Shown: positions 20,334-27,739 of the stretch, in pieces | Layout of the letters: each line of letters opens with the position of its first letter | How positions within the stretch are numbered: position 1 is the stretch's first letter | Assembly: GCA_019455065.1 (NCBI GenBank) | Contig: JACFNC010000008.1 | Location: 30,277 to 94,276, forward strand | Direction of reading: 5' to 3' | Source of the DNA: Rhodospirillales bacterium | Lineage (GTDB): Bacteria; Pseudomonadota; Alphaproteobacteria; Rhodospirillales; Magnetospirillaceae | DNA length: 64,000 nt | Translations under genes and position numbers: made by a program | The notes under the pieces: generated by a model | What the model saw: only the letters and a program-made list of their open reading frames with translations | Databases searched by the model: none | Told to the model about the DNA's origin: nothing

Positions 20334-21317
20334 TCAGGGCAGGGCCGGCCAGGACGGGCGGTGGCGGGCCACGTGCCGAGCCAGTTCGGGGGGCGACAGC
20401 ACCTCGACGGCGTCGCCCCAGGTGTAGAGGTGCCAGGCCATCTCCAGCCAACCCCCCGCGGTGAACCGCACCGTCAGCGAGCCGTCGTCCTCCCATGTCT
20501 TCCGCTGGTCGGGATGGAAGACGAAGCTGGCCGCCTCCTCGGCCGCCTGCGGCAGGAACCGCCACGCGACCTCGACCGGGTTCTCCTGAAACACCCCGAA
20601 GCTGCGGCGCGCGAAGGCGGCGAGGGAGAATTGCGGGTCGCGCACGAAGCCCTCGCCGAGCAACCGCGCCTCGCCGATGCCGGCCAGGCTGAACAGCTTG
20701 TGGAGCCCGTCGTTCGGATCGAGGGCCACCAGATAGTGCCGGTGGCCGTAGAGAAAGCCGTAGGGATGCACCTGCCGGCGCTGCGGCCGTCTGGCGCCCC
20801 GCTTTCGGTATTGGAAGGAGACCTGCCGGCAGGCCTTGATGGCTTCGCGCAACGCTTCGACGACGTCGAGATCGATGGCCGGACGCGGACCGGGCCGGAA
20901 GGCCAGCCCCTCGGCCTCGAGCAGCGCCTCGATGTCGGGCGCCACCCGACGGGCCAGCTCGGGGCGCATCAGCGCCTTGATCTTGGCCGCCACCTCGCCC
21001 AGCCGCGCCGCGGCGTCGGGGCGGTTCTGCTCCTCCATCAGCCGCGCGGCGCCTTCGAGGTCGGCGATCTCGTCGGGCGAGAAGGCGACAAGCCGGTCGA
21101 GCGTGCCGGGCGGGATGTGCCAGCGTTTGATGCGGTCATCGCCCACCCGCTCGACGACCTGGGGGAAGTTGCGAAGCAGCGCGTCGCGCATGCGCATCGC
21201 CGTCCGACGCCCGACGCCGCAGCGCTCCTGGATGTCGGCCAGCGACAGCCCGCCGCGCGCCGCCTGCATGTCGAGCGCCAGTTGCATCAGGTTGTCTGCC
21301 TTTTCATACCGGACCAT
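20334..21317 (-). CDS. WYL-domain transcriptional regulator (HTH - WYL - WCX-like C-terminal domain; YafY/PafBC/BrxR-like)
   Basis: N-terminal HTH (LSLADIQERCGVGRRTAMRMRDAL). Central WYL-type region (VSFQYRKRGARRPQRRQVHPYGFLYGHRHYLVA). C-terminal extension. Divergent from the operon at 21459..23499. Confidence 0.85.
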   Translation of the reverse strand: MVRYEKADNLMQLALDMQAARGGLSLADIQERCGVGRRTAMRMRDALLRNFPQVVERVGDDRIKRWHIPPGTLDRLVAFSPDEIADLEGAARLMEEQNRPDAAARLGEVAAKIKALMRPELARRVAPDIEALLEAEGLAFRPGPRPAIDLDVVEALREAIKACRQVSFQYRKRGARRPQRRQVHPYGFLYGHRHYLVALDPNDGLHKLFSLAGIGEARLLGEGFVRDPQFSLAAFARRSFGVFQENPVEVAWRFLPQAAEEAASFVFHPDQRKTWEDDGSLTVRFTAGGWLEMAWHLYTWGDAVEVLSPPELARHVARHRPSWPALP

Positions 21318-21404
21318 GCGGCGCCCCCGAATTCCCGCGAAGATTGTCGCATGCGAGGGGTGACGGGAAAAGCCTGGGGCCGCGGAACAAAACGAGACCG
21401 TTTA

Positions 21405-21428
21405 TGTCACATTTGTCAATTGTACTGT
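21405..21428. promoter_or_regulatory. AT-rich repeat block TGTCAC-ATT-TGTCAA-T-TGTACT-GT (candidate WYL-regulator operator or promoter)
   Basis: TGTCA is repeated at a 9-nt offset and followed by TGTAC. It is the only AT-rich segment in the 141-nt divergent intergenic region. Confidence 0.25.
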
Positions 21429-21458
21429 GGGCGTGCAGGAACAGACCTCGGAAACCAC

Positions 21459-21782
21459 GTGGCCACGCCGCTCTACCGCTTCACCGATGACGCCCTGATC
21501 GAGCTTTCCGACCGGGGCGTGAGGGTGTTCGGGCGTTGGGATCGGCGGTTCGGATGCTGGCGCCTGGAGGGTGGCACGTTCCGCCCGACCGATCCGGGCC
21601 GGGTCCTCGACGCGCGCGGAATCTGGCTGTCGCCCTGGCCCGACTCCGGCGCCGCCGCCGTCGCCGCCTATTTCACCCTGATCCCCCTGCCCGTCCGCCG
21701 CCGCGCCGCACCGCACGGCCCCGACCAGTGGCGGGCGCTGCAGGCGGCGTGGCAAGCGAGCCGGGCCACCCCCTCAATGTGA
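21459..21782 (+). CDS. Hypothetical Trp/Arg-rich protein (107 aa), first gene of the HIRAN/ARH operon
   Basis: Strong GC3 bias in this frame. The start is uncertain; GTG 21459 was chosen. I recognise no family. Confidence 0.45.
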   Translation: MATPLYRFTDDALIELSDRGVRVFGRWDRRFGCWRLEGGTFRPTDPGRVLDARGIWLSPWPDSGAAAVAAYFTLIPLPVRRRAAPHGPDQWRALQAAWQASRATPSM

Positions 21783-21838
21783 CCGAAACCGTCATCCACT
21801 CGGGTTAAACCGGTCCTCAGGATCGAAGGACACCCGAC

Positions 21839-22255
21839 ATGGACACGCAAACACGCTTCATCAGCATCGACCGCAGGCGATTCCTGGCCCTGAGCACCGG
21901 CGGCGCCGCCGCAACCGCACTTCCGGCCGCCCCGGCGCGACCGGCGGCACCGCCGCTGTTCCTGCTGGAAACCCACGTCGCCGGCACGGCGTATTATCAG
22001 GCGGACGAGGTGCGCGAAACCTTGCGTATCGGCCAAGCGCTGATCCTCGGCCGCGAGCCGGCAAATCCACATGACGCCCTCGCCATCGAGGTTTTCACGT
22101 CCGAAGGCGTCAAACTCGGTTATGTGCCGCGCGTCAGAAACCCGCCGTTCGCCCGACTGATGGACGCCGGCCGCACCGTCCTCGCCCGCGTGGCCGCGAC
22201 CGGCCCTCGCGAATGGGACGACATCAGGATGAAACTGCTGCTCGCCGATGACTGA
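21839..22255 (+). CDS. HIRAN-domain protein with N-terminal twin-arginine (Tat)-like signal
   Basis: GAAGGA SD 8 nt upstream. Signal-like DRRRFLALSTGGAAATALPAAPA. HIRAN-like core VAGTAYY ... LGREPANPHDALAIEV ... KLGYVPR. Confidence 0.78.
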   Translation: MDTQTRFISIDRRRFLALSTGGAAATALPAAPARPAAPPLFLLETHVAGTAYYQADEVRETLRIGQALILGREPANPHDALAIEVFTSEGVKLGYVPRVRNPPFARLMDAGRTVLARVAATGPREWDDIRMKLLLADD

Positions 22256-22442
22256 GGACGTAACCACCGCCCCTTGCCCGCACTGCCGGGCCCAGGCCGA
22301 GCATTCCGTGCATCGCTGCGGCACCGAGGTTTTGCTCTGGTGCCGGCGATGCCGCCGCGTGAGAATGAAAGAAAACGAGACCGCTCATGACACAGCCGAC
22401 GATTACGACACCCCCGACACCAGGCTGCCCGGACGATTTTGA
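22248..22442 (+). CDS. Small four-Cys zinc-ribbon protein (64 aa) with an acidic tail
   Basis: The ATG overlaps the HIRAN gene end by 8 nt. CPHC-x18-WCRRCRRV. About 14 of 31 core residues are identical to ORF 1056..1244 by hand alignment. Confidence 0.5.
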   Translation: MTEDVTTAPCPHCRAQAEHSVHRCGTEVLLWCRRCRRVRMKENETAHDTADDYDTPDTRLPGRF

Positions 22443-23499
22443 GGAACTCCTCGCCGCCATCCCATCCCTCGGCGACGATGCCTTCGCCGAGCGCGCCCTT
22501 GGCTGCCTGTTGGGCGGCGCCTTGGGCGATGCCTTCGGCTATCTGGTCGAGTTCGACGAGCTGCCGCGGATTCGCGCGCGCTTCGGGCCGGACGGGCTGA
22601 CCGAATTTCCCGACGGCCGGCTGATCGTCTCCGACGATACCCAGATGACGCTGTTCACGCTGGAAGGTCTGCTGGAGGCGGGATTGGCGGCGCCCGTCGC
22701 GGCCAAGGTCCAGGCCATCCGCCGCGCCTATCTGGATTGGTACGCCACCCAGCGCGGCAGCCGACCGGACCGCGACCAAGGCTTGCGGCGCTATCCCGAG
22801 CTGTGGGCCACGCGGGCGCCCGGCAACACCTGCCTGGGGGCGCTTCGGGCCGGCGGCCGGGGCACGGTCACCCAGCCGGTCAACGACAGCAAGGGCTGCG
22901 GCGGCGTCATGCGGGCGGCCCCTATCGGGCTTGTCCGCGCCGACGACCCCGAGACCTGCTTCCGCATCGCCGTCGACGCGGCGGCGCTCACGCATGGCCA
23001 CCCCTCGGGCTACCTGCCGGCCGGGGCGATGGCGGCGATGGTTCGGCTGATGATCGACGGCATGCCGCTGGCCGAGGCGGCGAATCGGACCCTGGCGATG
23101 CTCCGCGGATGGCCGGGCCACGGAGAAACGTCGGCCGCCATCTCAGGGGCCCTGAAACGCGCCGCCGCACCCCGTCCGGACAGGGACATCGCCGCGCTGG
23201 GCGAGGGCTGGGTCGGCGAGGAGGCGTTGGCCGTCGGCCTTTACAGCGCGCTTGTCGGCGGGGACCTCATGCGCACCCTGGTGTTGGCCGCCAACCACGA
23301 CGGTGATTCGGATTCGACCGCCTCGATCGCCGGCCAGCTTTACGGGGCCGCCCGCGGCCTGTCCGACATTCCCGAGCGGTGGTGTGGGCGCCTCGACGTC
23401 GCCGCGCCCCTGGCGTGGCTGTCGCGACGGCTGCTGGCGGCGCAGGCGGGCGTGATCACTCGGGCGCCGACGCCCGCCACTCCGGCCAGCCATTCTTGA
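22387..23499 (+). CDS. ADP-ribosylglycohydrolase (ARH/DraG superfamily) protein
   Basis: GCLLGGALGDAFGY, SDDTQMTLF and NHDGDSDSTASIAGQLYGA metal-binding motifs. The only in-frame ATG start overlaps the zinc-ribbon ORF by 56 nt. Confidence 0.88.
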   Translation: MTQPTITTPPTPGCPDDFEELLAAIPSLGDDAFAERALGCLLGGALGDAFGYLVEFDELPRIRARFGPDGLTEFPDGRLIVSDDTQMTLFTLEGLLEAGLAAPVAAKVQAIRRAYLDWYATQRGSRPDRDQGLRRYPELWATRAPGNTCLGALRAGGRGTVTQPVNDSKGCGGVMRAAPIGLVRADDPETCFRIAVDAAALTHGHPSGYLPAGAMAAMVRLMIDGMPLAEAANRTLAMLRGWPGHGETSAAISGALKRAAAPRPDRDIAALGEGWVGEEALAVGLYSALVGGDLMRTLVLAANHDGDSDSTASIAGQLYGAARGLSDIPERWCGRLDVAAPLAWLSRRLLAAQAGVITRAPTPATPASHS

Positions 23500-24103
23500 G
23501 ACGGCGCGCCCGGAAGCCGGCGCCGCGCAGCGTGGTGACGGCGTCGAAGGCCAGCACGCAGTAGGGTCCCCGGCAATAGGCGACGATCTCCTTGTCCCGC
23601 GGCAACTCCGCCAGCCGCCGCGACAGTTCGCCGGCCGGAATGTTGACGGCGCCGGGTATGTGGCCGGCCTCGTACTCCGCGGTCGGGCGCACGTCGATGA
23701 CCACCGCCTCGCCGCGCCGCACGAGGCGCAGCAGGTCGGCGCGGCGCACCGCCTCGAGGCCGTCGCGGCTGCTGAAATGCTCGCGCGCCACGCGCTCGAC
23801 CTCGGCGATCTGGCGTTCGGCCACCCGGCGGATGCTGGCGACCAGCCGCACCACCTCGTCGTCGGCCAGCCGGTAGATGATCTGCACGCCCTCGCGCCGC
23901 GAGGCAACGATGCCGCCCTCGCGCAGCACCTGTAGATGATGCGAGGCGTTGGCGATGGGAATGCCGACGGCGCGGCCCAGTTCCTCGACGCTGCGCTCGC
24001 CCTGCCCCAGCGCCTCGACCAGTTCGAGGCGGATGCCGTTCGCCAGCGCCTTGGCGACGCGGGCAAACAGGTCGGACATCTCGCGCTTGGGACCGTTGTT
24101 CAT
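23456..24103 (-). CDS. ArsR-family HTH fused to a rhodanese domain
   Basis: HTH LELVEAL ... ASHHLQVLREGGIV, then a rhodanese domain with active-site loop YCRGPYC. Its 3' end overlaps the ARH gene 3' end by 44 nt (convergent). Confidence 0.85.
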   Translation of the reverse strand: MNNGPKREMSDLFARVAKALANGIRLELVEALGQGERSVEELGRAVGIPIANASHHLQVLREGGIVASRREGVQIIYRLADDEVVRLVASIRRVAERQIAEVERVAREHFSSRDGLEAVRRADLLRLVRRGEAVVIDVRPTAEYEAGHIPGAVNIPAGELSRRLAELPRDKEIVAYCRGPYCVLAFDAVTTLRGAGFRARRLKNGWPEWRASAPE

Positions 24104-24114
24104 CTCCCTACCTC

Positions 24115-24798
24115 CTAACCGACCGAGCCGGGCTTGTCGCCGGCCACCGCAAGGAAGGCCGCCCCGAACGCCGTGACGCGACCCATGGCGGGGTCGAGCG
24201 GGGCCGCCATCCTGGCCACCCTACCGACGGGTGGGTAGTACACGGCGCCCCGTACCGGACCGGCGCGCAACCCCACCGACGTCAGCAGACCGCGCAACGC
24301 GCCGGGCCCCCAGAAGGTGGCGGCGCGCCACGGGCTGCCGCCCGACAGGCCGCGCAGCCGCCGCCACAACGCCCACAGGCTCCACCGCCCCAGCTCCCCC
24401 AGAACCACCCGGCCGCCCGGTCGGGTCACCCGCGCCATCTCGGACACCGCCCGGACGGGATCGGATACCAGGCACAGCAGGGTCATGGCCACCACCACGT
24501 CGAAGCGATCGTCGGCGAAGGGCAGGCGACAGGCGTCGCCGACCATCAGGGTGACCGGCGCCTGTCGCGCCCGGGCGGCGGCGACGGCGGCGGGATCCGC
24601 ATCGACGGCCGTGACCATCGCGCCGCGAGCGGCGAGATGGTCCGCGAAGGCGCCGTCGCCGCACCCGACGTCCAACACGCGGCGCCCGACCAGCGGGCCG
24701 GCAAGATCGACCATCAGCGTATATTCGAGCGCGTCAGTCGCCCGGCCCAGTTCCGACGCGCGCCACGCGGCATAGCGGCGAGGATCGACGGCGGTCAC
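24115..24798 (-). CDS. Class I SAM-dependent methyltransferase
   Basis: Motif I VLDVGCGDGAF and post-I VTAVD. GTG 24798 with a GGAGAG SD is preferred over the longer ORF start. Confidence 0.78.
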   Translation of the reverse strand: MTAVDPRRYAAWRASELGRATDALEYTLMVDLAGPLVGRRVLDVGCGDGAFADHLAARGAMVTAVDADPAAVAAARARQAPVTLMVGDACRLPFADDRFDVVVAMTLLCLVSDPVRAVSEMARVTRPGGRVVLGELGRWSLWALWRRLRGLSGGSPWRAATFWGPGALRGLLTSVGLRAGPVRGAVYYPPVGRVARMAAPLDPAMGRVTAFGAAFLAVAGDKPGSVG

Positions 24799-24881
24799 CT
24801 CGCGCTCTCCTTCACTCGTTTGCGAAACTGACCTTGGGGGTGTCGGGAGCGCCGCGTCAAGCCCGTCGGCAAGCCGCGCCC

Positions 24882-25178
24882 CTATCCGCACGAGGTATAC
24901 AGCAGCCCGGCCCCGAGCCACACCGTCGCCACCAACGCGAGGCCCGCCAGAATCGCCGCGGCCTGCCGGGTGACGGCCTCACCCTCGCCGCGTCGCGCGG
25001 CCCACAGAATCCAGGCCTCGCCCGCCAAGGTCGCCGCGCACAGCAGCAGCATCGCCGAAATCGCAGGCCAGTACGGCCATACGCCGGCGCAGGCGAACGA
25101 GACGGCGAGGTAGGCGAGGCCGAAATAGGCCATCAAGAGGGCTGGCCCGGCCACCAGCAGGACGATGGGCCCGCGCAT
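24882..25178 (-). CDS. Small hydrophobic membrane protein (98 aa, about 3 TM) downstream of the oxidase gene
   Basis: Hydrophobic tail of ORF 24882..27716. ATG 25178 lies 8 nt after the oxidase stop. Possibly a subunit-IV-like partner. Confidence 0.5.
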   Translation of the reverse strand: MRGPIVLLVAGPALLMAYFGLAYLAVSFACAGVWPYWPAISAMLLLCAATLAGEAWILWAARRGEGEAVTRQAAAILAGLALVATVWLGAGLLYTSCG

Positions 25179-25186
25179 CCGGCACC

Positions 25187-27691
25187 TCACCCCAAGGCCT
25201 CGCCGAAGGCGGCGAGCCCCAGGCTGGCCAGTCCGATGGCCACGGTGTAGTGCCATGAAAGGGCGGTCAACTCGACCAGCATGCGGCGCTCGGGGGTCAC
25301 CAGTCCCAGGGCCAGCCGCAACAGGGAAAAAGCCACCATCGCCACGCAAAACGCGATATGGACGACGACGAAGAAGGTCATCGCCCACAAGGTTGCCGGA
25401 TAGGAATGGCCCTGCGGGTCGAGCCCCGATCCGGCCAGCAGCATCAGGGTTGCCAGCGAAGCGCCGGCACCGACGGCGCTGGCGGCGACCAGGCCGGCGG
25501 CGGCCCTTCGCATATGTCTCAAGGCCATCGCGCGGCGGCCGGCCTCGGCAAGCGCGGCGGCGAGGGCCAGACCGGCTGCCAGCCAGGCCAACACGGACGG
25601 GGGCAACATCCCCGCGAAGTCGGGCGGCGGCCATGCCGGCTTCACCAGCCACAGGAAAACGTAACAGCTGGCCAGCCCCGCGTAGGCCGAGCCGCTGATC
25701 AGCGCGGCCACCACGCCCCCCCACCAGGCATGGCTGCCGCGGTCGTTCCCGTAGGTGGGCAAAAGGACGCCGCGACCTGCGTCGACTTGGTCGGCCGACG
25801 GCCTGCGATCGGACGACCAGCCCCAGGCGGCGAGGAAGGCCGCCGCGGCCGCCCCACCCGCCAGGGCGAGCGCGACCTGATCGTACAACAGGGCGGTGAC
25901 CACGACCGCCGTGAACACCGCCGCCACCAGCGGCTTCCAACTCGGACCGGGAAGCGCCACCACCTGCTCGGGCGCGCCGGTCAGGACGCCGATGCGCAGG
26001 GTCTCGCGTCCGCCGGTGGCGGGGCGCGCCAGATAGTCCAGCCCCCCCGCGGCCCGCTCGATGGCCGCCGGCTCCTCCCACAGCGGATAGGCCGTGGCGA
26101 CCTCGGGCACGCTGACGGGGCCCGTCGCCGACAAGGGCGTGGCGCCCATCCATTCCAGCGTGCCCGCCTTCCATGGGTTGTCCGAAGCCGGCGCTCCGCG
26201 GGCGGCGCTGCGGAAGAGGTCGATGACGAAAAGCAGCGTTCCAAGCGCCATGACGAAGGCGCCGACGGTGGCGATCAGGTTCAGCCCGTCGAATCCCAGC
26301 CCCGGCAGGTAAGTGTAGACACGCCGCGGCATGCCGAGGAGTCCGAGGATGTGCAAGGGAAAGAACGTCAGGTTGAAGCCGACGAACAGCAGGCCGAACA
26401 CCCAGCGCGCCAAGCGTTCGTCCATCATCCGGCCGGTCGCCAGCGGGAACCAGTAGTACAAGGCGCCCAGCAGGGGAAACACCATCCCGCCGACCAGCAC
26501 GTAATGAAAGTGGGCGACGACAAAGTGGCTGTCGTGCACCTGCCAGTCGAACGGCACCGAAGCGACCATCACCCCGGTCAGACCGCCGGCCACGAAGATG
26601 AACAGAAAGCCCAGGATAAACAGCATCGGCGGCCGCAGAGCCGGCCGCGTGCCCCACAGCGTCGCCAGCCAGGCGAACACCTGAATGCCGCTGGGTATCG
26701 CCACCGCCATGCTGGCGATGGAAAAGATGCTCATCGACACGTGCGGCAGGCCAACCGCGAACATGTGGTGGACCCACAGGGCGAAGCTTATGACCCCGGT
26801 GGCCACGGTGGCCGCGATGACCCAGCCATGCCCGACCAAAGGCCGGCCGGCGAAGGCCGGAAGCATGGTGGACACCATCCCCGCCGCCGGCAGGAAGATG
26901 ATGTACACCTCGGGGTGGCCGAAGAACCAGAACAGGTGCTGCCACAGCACCGGGTCGCCGCCGCGCTTGGGGTCGAAAAACGGGACGCCCAGCGAGCGCT
27001 CGGCCTCCAGCAGGATGTCGCCGACGAGCAGGGGCGGAAAGGCGAAGACGATCATCCAGGCGACGACGAGATAGGCCCACGCCACGATCGGCATACGGCC
27101 GAGCGTCATTCCGGGGGCCCGGAACTTCAGTACGCCGACGGTGATCTCGATCGCCGCCGACAAGGCGGATATCTCGACGAAGGTGAGGCCGAGCAGCCAG
27201 AAATCGGCGCCCTTTCCCGGCGAATATTCCTTGCCCGACAACGGCGTGTACATGAACCAGCCGGCATCCGGCGCGCCGCCGAGAAAGAAGCTGGACAACA
27301 CCAGCAGCCCACCCAGGACGTAGCACCAGAAGCCGTAGGCCGACAGCCTCGGGAACGGCAGGTCTCGCGCCGCCAGCATCTGTGGCACGACATAGATGCC
27401 GACACCCTCGAGAATTGGCACGGCGAAAAGAAACATCATGGTCGTGCCGTGCATGGTGAAGAGCTGATTGTAGAGGTCGTGACCGAGGAGGTCGTTGGCC
27501 GGCACGGCGAGCTGAAGCCGGATGAGCATGGCCATGATCCCGCCCGCCAGGAAGAAGAACAGGCCGACCAGGACGTACCAGACCCCGATGGTGGTGTTGT
27601 TGACCTCGGTGAGGATGGCGATGCCGGACGGCGGCCGCCATACTTCTCGAAGGGTCGGACGAGCGGCGCCGGCGGACATGGTGTCCACCAT
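25187..27691 (-). CDS. Heme-copper oxidase subunit I fused to a subunit-III-like C-terminal domain
   Basis: Motifs WFFGHPEVYIIFLP, HHMF and AHFHYVL. About 280 aa of extra C-terminal TM helices. No subunit II gene nearby. Confidence 0.88.
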   Translation of the reverse strand: MVDTMSAGAARPTLREVWRPPSGIAILTEVNNTTIGVWYVLVGLFFFLAGGIMAMLIRLQLAVPANDLLGHDLYNQLFTMHGTTMMFLFAVPILEGVGIYVVPQMLAARDLPFPRLSAYGFWCYVLGGLLVLSSFFLGGAPDAGWFMYTPLSGKEYSPGKGADFWLLGLTFVEISALSAAIEITVGVLKFRAPGMTLGRMPIVAWAYLVVAWMIVFAFPPLLVGDILLEAERSLGVPFFDPKRGGDPVLWQHLFWFFGHPEVYIIFLPAAGMVSTMLPAFAGRPLVGHGWVIAATVATGVISFALWVHHMFAVGLPHVSMSIFSIASMAVAIPSGIQVFAWLATLWGTRPALRPPMLFILGFLFIFVAGGLTGVMVASVPFDWQVHDSHFVVAHFHYVLVGGMVFPLLGALYYWFPLATGRMMDERLARWVFGLLFVGFNLTFFPLHILGLLGMPRRVYTYLPGLGFDGLNLIATVGAFVMALGTLLFVIDLFRSAARGAPASDNPWKAGTLEWMGATPLSATGPVSVPEVATAYPLWEEPAAIERAAGGLDYLARPATGGRETLRIGVLTGAPEQVVALPGPSWKPLVAAVFTAVVVTALLYDQVALALAGGAAAAAFLAAWGWSSDRRPSADQVDAGRGVLLPTYGNDRGSHAWWGGVVAALISGSAYAGLASCYVFLWLVKPAWPPPDFAGMLPPSVLAWLAAGLALAAALAEAGRRAMALRHMRRAAAGLVAASAVGAGASLATLMLLAGSGLDPQGHSYPATLWAMTFFVVVHIAFCVAMVAFSLLRLALGLVTPERRMLVELTALSWHYTVAIGLASLGLAAFGEALG

Positions 27692-27739
27692 ATGAGGGGC
27701 GCGCCGGCCGCATCAATTCATGGGGACGGAGTAACGCCG

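Noticed and set aside
22387-23499. Calling the ARH-family gene draG (nitrogenase-reactivating glycohydrolase)
   Set aside because: No draT, nifH or other nif genes are nearby. The protein is about 75 aa longer than typical DraG. Only the superfamily assignment is supportable.
22248-23499. Programmed frameshift fusing the zinc-ribbon ORF to the ARH ORF across their 56-nt overlap
   Set aside because: I see no slippery heptamer or obvious stimulatory structure in 22387..22442. The paralog at 1056..1244 is a free-standing small protein with a similar acidic tail. I cannot fully exclude a frameshift without proteomics.
24882-27716. 944-aa ORF overlapping the oxidase gene in another frame, and the N-terminal 2.3 kb of plus-strand ORF 25358..29692
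   Set aside because: - Only frame 25187..27691 carries heme-copper oxidase motifs.
- Of the 944-aa ORF, only the last 98 codons are hydrophobic and protein-like, and I kept those as a separate small gene.
- Of the 1444-aa ORF, only the selB part from 27740 is real.
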